DNA from: a virus | Lineage: Duplodnaviria; Heunggongvirae; Uroviricota; Caudoviricetes | Direction: 5' to 3' (one strand) | DNA: 42,006 bases | IMG/VR virus record: IMGVR_UViG_3300013005_000022 | Span: 118,443 to 160,448 of that record | In this document: positions 1 to 9,509 of the stretch, one piece after another | How the letters are laid out: the number at the start of each line of letters is the position of its first letter | Numbering within the stretch: the stretch's first letter is position 1 | Made by a program: the position numbers and the translations under genes | Notes under the pieces: model-generated | Seen by the model: the letters and a program-made list of their open reading frames with translations, nothing else | Told to the model about the DNA's origin: nothing | The model's database searches: none

Positions 1-10
1 CCTAAAGACA

Positions 11-301
11 ATGAACAAAATTAACGAACTTATCGACAAGCATTACAGAAAAGTATTTCTCGTTTTATTAGTCTTAATTTTCTTTAATACTTGCGGAAAC
101 CCTAATAAAGTTACAAACAAACGTTTGGATGCTTTAACAACCAAGATTGATTCATTACAATCAACAACCGCTAGTAAAAAAGAACTTCAAATCGAAGGAC
201 TTAAAGCCGAAAAGAGAATGATACAATCAACTGATCGTAAAATGTTAGATGTTAATCGTCAAGCAGAAATCGATAAAGAGATTGAAAAACTTTCTAAATA
301 A
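11..301 (+). CDS. membrane-anchored coiled-coil hypothetical protein
   Basis: N-terminal hydrophobic stretch VFLVLLVLIFF followed by a charged heptad-like region. Confidence 0.6.
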   Translation: MNKINELIDKHYRKVFLVLLVLIFFNTCGNPNKVTNKRLDALTTKIDSLQSTTASKKELQIEGLKAEKRMIQSTDRKMLDVNRQAEIDKEIEKLSK

Positions 302-303
302 TC

Positions 304-331
304 AAAAGAACCGAGCAATCGGTTCTTTTTT
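304..331 (+). terminator. intrinsic terminator
   Basis: aaaagaaccga-gcaa-tcggttctttttt hairpin with U tract right after the stop at 301. Confidence 0.8.
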
Positions 332-391
332 GTTAATAACTAGGAGATCCAAAAGGTCTCCTTTTTGCATATAAAAGATATACATCAAAAA

Positions 392-769
392 ATGAAAGTT
401 ACCAAAAGTATTAGATTAGAGGACTTTCTATTCTTGGAGATAGAGAGAGTAGTTAATGATTATGATGTTTCTGAAAAACACTTCTATTTGAATGATGAAG
501 AAACACAAATTCGACAAAAATTAGCAGTTTTACGTGATTGTAAATGGAAATCACATCATCCAAGTGCTTTGAATAAATTATTTAGTATAGCTAAACAATA
601 TAAGCTACCTATTATAATGAATATGAATAAAGGTCTTGAGCTAGAACACGAGATTACCTTCTCAAAGAGATTCAAGTGTTTCAAAAGAACTTTTAAAGTT
701 AGAGTTACTAGGTTGTCAAATCGAGCAAAACAAAAAACAAATGATGCAATACAGAATATATTTGGATGA
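392..769 (+). CDS. hypothetical protein
   Basis: ORF 365-769; ATG at 392 preferred, downstream of CATATAA at 368. Confidence 0.6.
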   Translation: MKVTKSIRLEDFLFLEIERVVNDYDVSEKHFYLNDEETQIRQKLAVLRDCKWKSHHPSALNKLFSIAKQYKLPIIMNMNKGLELEHEITFSKRFKCFKRTFKVRVTRLSNRAKQKTNDAIQNIFG

Positions 770-1217
770 TGTACGAACTCCAGTAGACAAAGATTCATGG
801 ATTATCGTTAGAAACTACGAACAATTTGTAGCCAAGGTTAAAGAATTGGGAATAGAGAATATTTCAACAATTTCTCTAGATCATGATTTAGGAGATGGTG
901 CTATGAGTGAATATTTCAATAACGTTTCTCCTAATTACAAGTTAGATTACAATAATATCAACGAGAAAACCGGTATGGATTGTACTAAATGGTTAGTGAA
1001 TCATTTTTACGAAATCAATCCTCGTCGCGGAGAAATGTCACGTTTTGATAGAAAATCTATCCCATTTGTATTCCCTACCGTATATGTACATTCAGCTAAT
1101 CCAATTGGAAGTGCCAATATGATGGGTTACATAAATAACTTCTTAATGAACGAAGGTGCTCCACAAACATGTGTTAGAGTTCGTATTGACCACACAATGG
1201 AAACAATCGTCGAATAA
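741..1217 (+). CDS. cyclic-phosphate-processing receiver-like (cREC) domain protein
   Basis: IYLDDVRTP, ISLDHDLG, TGMDCTKWL and VHSANPIG motifs typical of this phage-enriched REC family. Confidence 0.75.
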   Translation: MMQYRIYLDDVRTPVDKDSWIIVRNYEQFVAKVKELGIENISTISLDHDLGDGAMSEYFNNVSPNYKLDYNNINEKTGMDCTKWLVNHFYEINPRRGEMSRFDRKSIPFVFPTVYVHSANPIGSANMMGYINNFLMNEGAPQTCVRVRIDHTMETIVE

Positions 1218-1240
1218 ATAAAGAAAATAGACTTATATCT

Positions 1241-2059
1241 ATGAACAAAAGAGACAACATAATTAAATGGACGATCGTTGGAATATTCGTTGGCTTATAT
1301 GCCATGGTTTCAATTATCTCTACAATTCACGTTATTGACTTCTTTCGTCTAAGCAATCCAAATTGGTTAGCCGTTACGTTAGCTATTGCATTTGAAATTG
1401 GTGCCGCTGCATCATTAGGTGCTATTGTAATCCTCGACAAAACTTCTCGTTTTATGGTTTGGATGTTATTCTTAATCATAACTGGAATGCAGATGATGGG
1501 AAATATGTATTACGCATATACGCATTTAACCGAATATCAATCTTGGTCAGAGCTATTTGGATTGATTGAAGAAGAACCTATCTATCAAAAGAGAATACTC
1601 TCATTAATATCCGGTGCAATCTTACCTTTAGTTGCTTTAGGCTTTATCAAATCACTTGTTGATTATATCAGACCTACCAAAGAAGAAGATGTTAAAGTGG
1701 AAATCGAAAAGATCTCTAATGATATGTCGATTGAAGAAACTAAAGATTGGGATAATACATTAATGGATGGCTTAGAAGATGAACCAGAAGTAAAAGAACC
1801 AATGTTAGCTGATCTATTCCAAGAGAATTCAACTAATGATGCGGTTGAAGATGTTCATGCATATGCCAAACAAGAGGCTTTGTTAGATGAAAAACCTACC
1901 GAAGAGAATCCTCACAACATCACAATAGAATCAGTTGACAATAAAGAAGAGTGGCCTCCTAAAGAAGAAATTCAATTTCATGAGTCAAATACTCCTCAAA
2001 AGCCCAAAACTATTAACAGTATAGAAGAGCTTAGAGAAGTAAATAAGATGCATGCATAA
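1241..2059 (+). CDS. multi-pass membrane protein with acidic C-terminal tail
   Basis: About four hydrophobic segments in the first 140 aa, then a D/E-rich low-complexity tail. Confidence 0.7.
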   Translation: MNKRDNIIKWTIVGIFVGLYAMVSIISTIHVIDFFRLSNPNWLAVTLAIAFEIGAAASLGAIVILDKTSRFMVWMLFLIITGMQMMGNMYYAYTHLTEYQSWSELFGLIEEEPIYQKRILSLISGAILPLVALGFIKSLVDYIRPTKEEDVKVEIEKISNDMSIEETKDWDNTLMDGLEDEPEVKEPMLADLFQENSTNDAVEDVHAYAKQEALLDEKPTEENPHNITIESVDNKEEWPPKEEIQFHESNTPQKPKTINSIEELREVNKMHA

Positions 2060-2061
2060 TC

Positions 2062-2090
2062 AATGAGATAAATATAAAAAACATCTCATT
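2062..2090 (+). promoter_or_regulatory. late-type promoter GATAAATA within a hairpin covering the translation start region
   Basis: aatgagat (2062-2069) and atctcatt (2083-2090) are a perfect inverted repeat; GATAAATA at 2067-2074; ATG at 2095. Confidence 0.55.
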
Positions 2091-2094
2091 TTAA

Positions 2095-2637
2095 ATGGAA
2101 GTACAATCATCAGACGGTAGTGTCAATGGAATATCAAAATTCGGAAGGCAATTTTTGGATTTGCAGGAGAGTTTTTGTTGCTGGGATACGGATGGTAGAC
2201 ATATTATTCGTTGGATTGGTTGCAATCCTTCTATATACAAAAACAATAAAAATGTATTCTCTGCTGCAGATTTAGCATTTTGTAGTTGGTATCAGGTAGT
2301 AGACAGCTATCAATTTACCATTATCGAAATGGCTCCTGAAGCTTTAGTTGAGGTTGCTCTAAACTCTAAATATCTAATGATGAAGGCTATGTGGCCTACC
2401 GGAACAACCGGTCCATTAGAATCCTCTAAAACTATCGAAGTTCAGATCAACCAACAAGGAGGATATGTTGGATCTACTATTCCATTTAATATCGAATCTC
2501 CTAGTCCAGCAAGAAACAATACATATGTTATGAAAGATGTATTTACTCTTAACTCGGAATCCTTACTAACAAACAACTTAATCTTAAACAACTTATCTGC
2601 TTATACGGTAGATGTTGCAATATTATACGCAAAATAA
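2095..2637 (+). CDS. hypothetical protein, possibly virion structural
   Basis: Intact 180 aa ORF, beta-rich composition, follows a late-type motif. Confidence 0.55.
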   Translation: MEVQSSDGSVNGISKFGRQFLDLQESFCCWDTDGRHIIRWIGCNPSIYKNNKNVFSAADLAFCSWYQVVDSYQFTIIEMAPEALVEVALNSKYLMMKAMWPTGTTGPLESSKTIEVQINQQGGYVGSTIPFNIESPSPARNNTYVMKDVFTLNSESLLTNNLILNNLSAYTVDVAILYAK

Positions 2638-2647
2638 ATAAAAAACA

Positions 2648-2965
2648 ATGTCTATAGAAAGTAGAAATACATTAAAAACTGGATTCGTTGCAGGAACTGC
2701 TGCAACTCAATCAAAATTTGCAGATTTTATCGATTCTGCATACAATCGTAGTGACGATTCGTTAGTTCTAGGACCAACTGGAATAAATGGAACTTATGGT
2801 CTATTAGGTCCTACTGGTGGAACTTATATGGGAATGTACGTGTGTCCGGCTTATGCAGGATTTACCGGAGCATCTGGAAGAACTGGTCAAACCATTTTCC
2901 AAGGTTACGATATGTTCGTTTACAGTGGTGCAAATTGGGTGAAATTTGTTGGTACTACCGCGTAA
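2648..2965 (+). CDS. Gly/Thr-rich small protein, possibly fibre-like structural
   Basis: Repeated GPTG/GASG units. Confidence 0.5.
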   Translation: MSIESRNTLKTGFVAGTAATQSKFADFIDSAYNRSDDSLVLGPTGINGTYGLLGPTGGTYMGMYVCPAYAGFTGASGRTGQTIFQGYDMFVYSGANWVKFVGTTA

Positions 2966-2997
2966 GTAGCATCATATAATTACTAAAACCAATAAAT

Positions 2998-3258
2998 ATG
3001 TCACAAAAGAAAAGTGTAACTAATGCTGGTGAAGCTATATCAGTATTAATTCAAACCGCAGAATTAGCTCAATCAAGAGGAATTTTATTACTTGATGATG
3101 CATTTTTAGTAAAACAATCTATTGATTTATTAGATGCAATGGCTAAGGCTTCGCAAAGAATGAATGGACCAATTCCTCCAGGACATCCTGTTCCAGAAAC
3201 TGCAATTCCTCCATTCGATGAAAATCAAGTCTTAAACGAAAGTGCAGAAACCAAATAA
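2998..3258 (+). CDS. hypothetical protein
   Basis: Intact ORF preceded by CATATAAT at 2973. Confidence 0.6.
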   Translation: MSQKKSVTNAGEAISVLIQTAELAQSRGILLLDDAFLVKQSIDLLDAMAKASQRMNGPIPPGHPVPETAIPPFDENQVLNESAETK

Positions 3259-3553
3259 AGAAAACCTGCTTACTCAAGGTGAATATAATCCGGGTAGCGA
3301 GAATAACGATCTAGAAAAGATTCGTTTTTATCGTGCTACCTGGAAAAACTTCTTCGATTACTGGAAGGCTAGAGGTGTTAAAACCGATCCTTATGAAGGT
3401 ACAGAAATGGAATATCCAACTAAAGCAGTTCAGGATAAACCAACTTTGCCGTATCAGGATTTTGGCACTTATGACAAATCCAAAAGAAATCAGAAACTAT
3501 CTGAAAGTTTCGATGACTTCCAAAAAGAAGAAGATAATTCAATTGACGAGTAA
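3242..3553 (+). CDS. hypothetical protein
   Basis: Intact ATG ORF overlapping the previous gene. Confidence 0.55.
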   Translation: MQKPNKENLLTQGEYNPGSENNDLEKIRFYRATWKNFFDYWKARGVKTDPYEGTEMEYPTKAVQDKPTLPYQDFGTYDKSKRNQKLSESFDDFQKEEDNSIDE

Positions 3554-3568
3554 GTACATATAATTAAT

Positions 3569-3796
3569 ATGTCGTACCGAGAATTAACTCCCAATCCTAA
3601 TTTTTCCGAAAATCTTAACGGCTTAATGTTTAAATTCATTGAGCGATTAGATATGGATGCTCGTGATCGTGAGATTTTCGAGGATATAGCCTTATTCATT
3701 TACCATGAAGGTAAATTGGATGGCAAGGAAGAATACCTAAACGAAGTAATAGAAACTAAATTAACAGATAATGCAGAAAATGAAAACGCCCATTAG
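3569..3796 (+). CDS. hypothetical protein
   Basis: Intact ORF preceded by CATATAAT at 3557. Confidence 0.55.
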   Translation: MSYRELTPNPNFSENLNGLMFKFIERLDMDARDREIFEDIALFIYHEGKLDGKEEYLNEVIETKLTDNAENENAH

Positions 3797-4952
3797 TGGG
3801 TTACCAACTATTGGATTGAGCATCATTGTAAAGAATGAATCCAAAGTAATTGAAAGAATGCTCAACACAGTACATTCAATACTTGATTACTATTGCGTAA
3901 TTGATACTGGATCTACTGACGGAACTCAAGATATTATCCGTAAGTTTTTTGAAGAAAAAGGAATACCTGGTGAAGTAATAGATCATCCATGGACTAACTT
4001 CCAAGATGCTCGTAATACCGCTCTAAATGCAGTAAAAGGAAAAGCAGATTTTGGATTTTGGATAGATGCCGATGAACAATTAACATTCAATCCAGGATTT
4101 AATATCATGAACCTGAAAATGAGCTTAGCTAAAATCGATGGTGGAAATGTAAAAGTAACATACGGTGATCAGAATTATTATCGTATGCAATTCTTTAGAA
4201 CCGACAAGCCATGGTATTGGTATGGACCAGTACACGAAGTACTTATAAGCGATGAACCACTTGGTTCGGCTGAAGTACCAGGTCTTGGTGTTTTCGTTAC
4301 CCCTGACGGTAACTCATGGACATCTGAATCAATTCAATCTAAATATGAAGGTCATGCTAAAATTCTAGAAGATTATGTAGCAAACGATCCTAAAAAAGAC
4401 CCTCGTTGGTTATTCTATCTAGCTCAATCATATCGAGATGCTGGTGGTGAAGAAAACCTAAAGAAATCACTTGAATGGTATAATAAACGTGCCGAAAACC
4501 TAACTGGATTTTGGGAAGAAGTTTATTACTCTGGCTTAATGGCGGCTACTATTAAAGCTCAATTAAAATACTCAACCCCAGAAATCATTGAAGATTACCT
4601 TCGAATAGGTAAAATGAACATCTATCGTTGTGAACACTTAGTTCCCATCATTATGCATTATCAGGCAATCAAAGAATTTGATATTTCATATATCTTCTCT
4701 TCACATGCCATGAAATATGCCGGTAAGACACCATTCCCTAAAGCGACACTATTCATCGATAAAAATACCTATCTATGGAAGATCTACGATTTACATTGCC
4801 TAAATTGTTTCTATTCCGGTCGTAAAGAAGAAGGTGAACAAACTTTCAAGAAACTACTTAAAGCTAAAGAGAAAGGTTATATTCCTCAATCGGAATTAGC
4901 TAGAATCGAGCAAAATCGTCAATGGTTTGTTAAAGCAAAAAACGGTAAATAA
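3771..4952 (+). CDS. family 2 glycosyltransferase with TPR-like C-terminus
   Basis: SIIVKNE, IDTGSTDGT, WIDADE (DXD) and HEVL motifs, then WLFYLAQSYRD helical repeats. Confidence 0.85.
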   Translation: MQKMKTPISGLPTIGLSIIVKNESKVIERMLNTVHSILDYYCVIDTGSTDGTQDIIRKFFEEKGIPGEVIDHPWTNFQDARNTALNAVKGKADFGFWIDADEQLTFNPGFNIMNLKMSLAKIDGGNVKVTYGDQNYYRMQFFRTDKPWYWYGPVHEVLISDEPLGSAEVPGLGVFVTPDGNSWTSESIQSKYEGHAKILEDYVANDPKKDPRWLFYLAQSYRDAGGEENLKKSLEWYNKRAENLTGFWEEVYYSGLMAATIKAQLKYSTPEIIEDYLRIGKMNIYRCEHLVPIIMHYQAIKEFDISYIFSSHAMKYAGKTPFPKATLFIDKNTYLWKIYDLHCLNCFYSGRKEEGEQTFKKLLKAKEKGYIPQSELARIEQNRQWFVKAKNGK

Positions 4953-5167
4953 TGAAACTTAATAAAAGAGACGATATTAAAGTAGCTATCTGGGAAAACG
5001 AAAGAGTAGTTACTAATGACTCTAATATTGTGTATGCTGAAATCAATGACAATGATTTATTTCTCTTAATTAAGACCGAATCAAAAGACTATAAAATTAA
5101 AATATCCAAATATGAAAACCATAAAGAAAATGAACCCGAAAGGGGAAATGGAGTACAGGAGAGTTAA
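4952..5167 (+). CDS. hypothetical protein
   Basis: Start coupled to the upstream stop (TAATG). Confidence 0.5.
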   Translation: MKLNKRDDIKVAIWENERVVTNDSNIVYAEINDNDLFLLIKTESKDYKIKISKYENHKENEPERGNGVQES

Positions 5168-5327
5168 TGACTCTGAAGGAAACAATCTTACACGAGTTGG
5201 ATGGAGCTTCTGTCCAAAAACTGAGTGGAAAGAAAACGTAAGAGATTTCGGTAAAACGAAAGACGAAACTCCTAAGGCAGCAAAGCCTAAAAAGGAGAAG
5301 AAAACTAAAAAGGAAATAGCCGCTTAA
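5112..5327 (+). CDS. small Lys-rich hypothetical protein
   Basis: Intact ORF with a GWSFCPKTEWK core, followed by a terminator. Confidence 0.6.
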   Translation: MKTIKKMNPKGEMEYRRVNDSEGNNLTRVGWSFCPKTEWKENVRDFGKTKDETPKAAKPKKEKKTKKEIAA

Positions 5328-5338
5328 TTGCGGCTTTT
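5318..5338 (+). terminator. intrinsic terminator
   Basis: agccgc-ttaatt-gcggct followed by ttt. Confidence 0.6.
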
Positions 5339-5372
5339 GCCTTTTTGCCATCGAGAGATGAATATATAATAC

Positions 5373-6686
5373 ATGAAAAGATTATTAAAGTACAAAGACT
5401 TTGTTGATGAGATAAATGAAGGTTCTCGTCTTCAAGAGTTAGTAGATCAACTTCCTTTATTTGAAGGTGGTGCATACGGTCACTTAGCACATCCATTTGA
5501 AGATATGGATTTGACTATGGGAGATCTTCATGCAATGATACAAGATACCGTTAAAGGAGCCTTTGGTCCTGAGAATTTCGTTCAAGAAAAAACTGATGGC
5601 CAACAAATATCAATATCTTGGAAAGATAGTAAATTAATTGCAGCAAGAAATAAAGGTCACTTAAAGAATGCCGGAGAAAATGCTCTAGATTCTGCTGGTA
5701 TTGCTTCTATGTTTGCTGGTCGTGGAGATATTGAAATTGCTTATAATGCAGCAATGGAAGATCTAGAAAACTCTATTGGAAAGTTATCTGATAAAGATAA
5801 ATTAGCTTTCTTTGGTAATGGTAAGAAATTCGCTTCACTAGAAGTTATCACTCCTATAACACAAAACACAGTTCCTTACGGTCAAAATATGTTGGTATTT
5901 CATGGAATACTCGAATATGACGAATCAGGTAGTGTTATAGATGAAGATAAACAAGCTGCTAGAAATCTTGGTAAAGCAATCGCTGATGCTAATTTGGCTG
6001 CACAAAAAATGTTCTTTGTTAGAGGTCCTCAAGACATGGATGTTAAACCATTCCCTAACACAGAAAAAAGAGCTTCTTACTACGAAAACAAATACCGAGA
6101 TATTCTTAAACAAACTGGTCTAACTGATGCATCTACCGTTCATGATTATGCAATGGGTATGGCTAGGTTAGTACTTACTGAAGAAGCTAAAAAATCAGGT
6201 GTTGAAATCCCCGCATCTTCAATCGATGGTTTGGCTGCTCGTATAGCAGATATCAACAAATCTTATTCTGTATCACTAATCAAAAAAGAACTTGGTTCTA
6301 ATGCTGATTGGTATTTCGATTTAGAGAAGAAAAGTGCTAAACAACTTAAACGTAAAGTATATGCTCCAATCGAATCTTTATTCTTAGAGATTGGAACTGA
6401 ATTTATGAAAAATATGTCGACCTTCTTATCGGCAAATCCTACTGCAGCTGCAGAGGCAATGAAAAAAGAAATTGATTCTACTATCGCAAAAATCCGTACA
6501 AACGGAGACGAAAAAGATGTAGAGAAATTAGAACACGAACTAACTCGAGTTACTGCTGCTGGTGGTGTTGAAGGATTGGTTCCTACTGAAGGAATTACAT
6601 TCGTTTACAAAGGTAAACTTTACAAGTATACCGGAATTTTTGCTCCATTACATCAGATACGCTCGATTTTAGCTTATAAAAAATAA
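5373..6686 (+). CDS. ligase/capping-enzyme-fold nucleotidyltransferase (DUF6267-like) with capsid-targeting N-terminus
   Basis: Motif I QEKTDG, AARNK, SLEVI, motif IV PTEGITF, motif V LYKYT; N-terminus KYKDFVDEINE and LFE-GGAYGHLAHP. Confidence 0.65.
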   Translation: MKRLLKYKDFVDEINEGSRLQELVDQLPLFEGGAYGHLAHPFEDMDLTMGDLHAMIQDTVKGAFGPENFVQEKTDGQQISISWKDSKLIAARNKGHLKNAGENALDSAGIASMFAGRGDIEIAYNAAMEDLENSIGKLSDKDKLAFFGNGKKFASLEVITPITQNTVPYGQNMLVFHGILEYDESGSVIDEDKQAARNLGKAIADANLAAQKMFFVRGPQDMDVKPFPNTEKRASYYENKYRDILKQTGLTDASTVHDYAMGMARLVLTEEAKKSGVEIPASSIDGLAARIADINKSYSVSLIKKELGSNADWYFDLEKKSAKQLKRKVYAPIESLFLEIGTEFMKNMSTFLSANPTAAAEAMKKEIDSTIAKIRTNGDEKDVEKLEHELTRVTAAGGVEGLVPTEGITFVYKGKLYKYTGIFAPLHQIRSILAYKK

Positions 6687-6695
6687 AAGTAAATT

Positions 6696-6872
6696 ATGCA
6701 AAAGTACGAAGAAATTAAAGCGTTAATCACATCTATCGATGCTGACGTAGACAAATTCTATAACAAAGGAAATAAGTCTGCTGGAACTCGTATCCGTAAA
6801 GCTATGCAAGATTTGAAAAAACTTGCTCAAGATCTACGTGTTGACGTTCAAGAATCAAAGAGTGCTGAATAA
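6696..6872 (+). CDS. histone H1-like (Hc1-family) nucleoid protein, 58 aa; not in the supplied ORF track
   Basis: Manual translation MQKYEEIKALITSIDADVDKFYNKGNKSAGTRIRKAMQDLKKLAQDLRVDVQESKSAE; GNKSAGTRIRK is the family signature. Confidence 0.8.
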   Translation: MQKYEEIKALITSIDADVDKFYNKGNKSAGTRIRKAMQDLKKLAQDLRVDVQESKSAE

Positions 6873-6877
6873 TCTAA

Positions 6878-7336
6878 ATGTCTGATTTATTCAAAACTAA
6901 TGAGGATTCTGCCTTTGGTCCAGGAATGATGTTCGGCATCCCTGGTCCTGGTCCAAAAGCGGATTCTCCAAAAATTCCATCTGATAAAAAGAAGGAAAAA
7001 GGAATTAAACCAAATCAAATGAAAAATTCAAATACTTCATCATTCAAAAAATTTAATGAATTTAATACATTCATAGAAGATCCTTTTAAAACAGGTAATC
7101 ATGTTTGGCTTAAAACTATTAAAATAGGAGATATTGCAGTAGTTACTGTAGTCGCTTCTATTGATGGATTTGACGAAACTCATACAGCATCCATATCGGT
7201 AATTACAAAATCAATGGATTCTTCCGGTGAAGAACTTGCATCAGAAAAACTGGTTCTACATCAAAAAGATTTTAGTAGCGTAAAAGATGCTACCAAACAT
7301 CTAGTAGAAAAAGAAAAAGAAACATCATTCAAATAA
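6878..7336 (+). CDS. hypothetical protein, possible internal head protein
   Basis: Internal FKKFNEFNTFIE resembles the targeting motif of its neighbours. Confidence 0.5.
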   Translation: MSDLFKTNEDSAFGPGMMFGIPGPGPKADSPKIPSDKKKEKGIKPNQMKNSNTSSFKKFNEFNTFIEDPFKTGNHVWLKTIKIGDIAVVTVVASIDGFDETHTASISVITKSMDSSGEELASEKLVLHQKDFSSVKDATKHLVEKEKETSFK

Positions 7337-7337
7337 C

Positions 7338-7922
7338 ATGTTAAAATTTAAAGAATTTGTTAGTGATATTCTAATATTTGAAAAGGTTGATGGAAAGGAA
7401 GTTGCTATATTTCCTGGACGTTTTCAACCATTTCATAATGGACATATTGAAGCAATACACAGAGCAGCAAAACAATTTGGTGTACCGGTTATTCCAATTC
7501 AAATCAAATCAAAAAATGAAAATTCTCCATTTCCGGATTCTCTTCTAGAAAAAATTGGTAAAGCTATGGTGAAGGAATTTCCTTTTATTGAAGATTATGT
7601 TTTGTATCCGGCAGACAAGAAAACGGTTATACCTCAAATGGTTAAGTTAGTCCAAGAAAGAGGTTACGATCCAATTGGTGTTGGTTGTGGAAGTGATCGT
7701 TTAAGAGATTACGAACGTCAAGTTGAATATCTAACATCACCAAAATCTGATGTACCGGTTAATAAATTCTCGGTTATAATGGTTGATGAGAGAAGAGCGG
7801 ATGGTCCTTCTGGAACTAAAGTTCGTGAAGCGCTTATGAATGATGATAAAGAAGCATTCGAAAAAGCTACCCCGAGATCACTACATCCATTCTATAAAGA
7901 ACTACAAAAATACCTTAAATAA
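7338..7922 (+). CDS. HxGH-class nucleotidyltransferase (NadM/cytidyltransferase-like) with capsid-targeting N-terminus
   Basis: FPGRFQPFHNGH, GSDR and SGTKVRE motifs; N-terminus MLKFKEFV...LIFE. Confidence 0.8.
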   Translation: MLKFKEFVSDILIFEKVDGKEVAIFPGRFQPFHNGHIEAIHRAAKQFGVPVIPIQIKSKNENSPFPDSLLEKIGKAMVKEFPFIEDYVLYPADKKTVIPQMVKLVQERGYDPIGVGCGSDRLRDYERQVEYLTSPKSDVPVNKFSVIMVDERRADGPSGTKVREALMNDDKEAFEKATPRSLHPFYKELQKYLK

Positions 7923-8203
7923 TGAAACACATTCAAAAATACGACGAATTTATCAATGAATCAGTCAAATTTAAGAAATTTGACAAATTCAAGCACATAA
8001 CTTTTCCTGACGTTACCGGAACCATCTATGATGGTCCATCGACATTCAAAGATTTAGAAGATCACGGTTACGATGTACCGGAAATTTCCGAGCTTCCGAA
8101 AGAACAAAAAGCGGATTTAAAAAAGAAAGCTTGGTACGGAGTCGTTCTATATGATAAAGTTACTAAATTTGCAATACACGAAAGTGAATTAAAAAAGGCA
8201 TAA
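7922..8203 (+). CDS. putative internal head protein
   Basis: N-terminus MKHIQKYDEFINE-S. Confidence 0.6.
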   Translation: MKHIQKYDEFINESVKFKKFDKFKHITFPDVTGTIYDGPSTFKDLEDHGYDVPEISELPKEQKADLKKKAWYGVVLYDKVTKFAIHESELKKA

Positions 8204-8206
8204 TAT

Positions 8207-8554
8207 ATGAAACCTATTAAAGATTATACAGAATTCGTAAACGAATCGTCGAAAACGACAAAACCGGATATCTTGGTAAAGCTATTCAAAGAATTATCTA
8301 AAGCTAAAAACGTTGAATCTGTAGCTTGGGGATTCGATAACGATGAAGAGTTTCCTCATATCGTTCATTTTGCATCTGGATTAAAATCCGAGGCACCTAG
8401 ACATGAAGGAGAAATGGAAGATTTTTCATTTTACTTAAATGATGATGGTAAAACTATTCTTGGAATCTATGATTTAAGTGGAAACGATCAAGAATTAAAA
8501 ACCGTCAAAGACGCCATCGAATGGTGTAGAGCTAACGAAAAACAAAAATCATAA
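8207..8554 (+). CDS. putative internal head protein
   Basis: N-terminus MKPIKDYTEFVNE-S. Confidence 0.6.
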   Translation: MKPIKDYTEFVNESSKTTKPDILVKLFKELSKAKNVESVAWGFDNDEEFPHIVHFASGLKSEAPRHEGEMEDFSFYLNDDGKTILGIYDLSGNDQELKTVKDAIEWCRANEKQKS

Positions 8555-8561
8555 TATAAAT

Positions 8562-9509
8562 ATGAAACCTATAAAAAACTACGAAGAATTCGTTAATGAA
8601 GCCTGGATTGGTCCATTCGTATTCAATGAAGATATGACAGACGATGAACTAAAAGCTATCTATCAAGGTGCATTAGATGGATTCGCTTATTGGCAAAAAG
8701 GATTTGAATATCCAAAAGCCGATTACAAAAAGGCATATACCGAAATTGGAAAGATTCTAAAGAAAAGAGGAGTTAATGTTGACGAATCGGTTAATGAAAA
8801 ATTAGATCCGAATAAATTACACGACATATTGACATCGTTTATTGATATAGCCGGTAAATTAACTAAAGTAGATTTATCGCATATTGCTGGACAGCAACCT
8901 AGAGATTTAGATGATTGTATTCGTTTGATTCTTAACGAATTACCTAAAGAGGTAAAAAATAAATTTGTTAATCAAGCGGAAAAATATATAGAGACTAAAA
9001 AGATTAAAGAATCGGTTAATGAAGGATCTAATCATGAAATGGTAAAGAAAGAAGCAATCAGTAGATTATCTGACTTTTTCCGAGTATCTCCTGGTCCTTT
9101 AATGAAATTCAAATTTGATGGTAATGATAATATCAAAGAGCTAACAAAAGTTCTTAATTCTACATCTGATCAAGGAACCGAGTTATATTATAAAACCGCT
9201 ATTAAACTTGCGCAAGAAGAAGTTGGTTTCGATGAATCTATTGATGAAAGTCTTTCAAAATTAGATGAAGGTGTCGTTAAGCAATTCGAAATTGATTATA
9301 AAGACATGGAAACTAATATCAAACGAGGTATTGGTTGGATTGAACCTGATTATGTTGAAGAGACTTGGGAGAATTCTTCAGATACTATCGATTATGAAAT
9401 CGTTAGAAACGAAATCTTAACTCGTTTAATTAAAGCTGGTCTTCTTTACACATCACGAGATGGTGAAACTCAAGACAAGAAAATTACCAACATAAGTCAA
9501 ATTAAATAA
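8562..9509 (+). CDS. putative internal head polyprotein with several protease sites
   Basis: N-terminus MKPIKNYEEFVNE-A plus internal VDESVNE, IKESVNE and FDESIDE...LDE clusters. Confidence 0.6.
   Translation: MKPIKNYEEFVNEAWIGPFVFNEDMTDDELKAIYQGALDGFAYWQKGFEYPKADYKKAYTEIGKILKKRGVNVDESVNEKLDPNKLHDILTSFIDIAGKLTKVDLSHIAGQQPRDLDDCIRLILNELPKEVKNKFVNQAEKYIETKKIKESVNEGSNHEMVKKEAISRLSDFFRVSPGPLMKFKFDGNDNIKELTKVLNSTSDQGTELYYKTAIKLAQEEVGFDESIDESLSKLDEGVVKQFEIDYKDMETNIKRGIGWIEPDYVEETWENSSDTIDYEIVRNEILTRLIKAGLLYTSRDGETQDKKITNISQIK

Noticed and set aside
11-301. Lipoprotein or o-spanin call
   Set aside because: FNTC is not a canonical lipobox and no partner spanin gene is adjacent in the window
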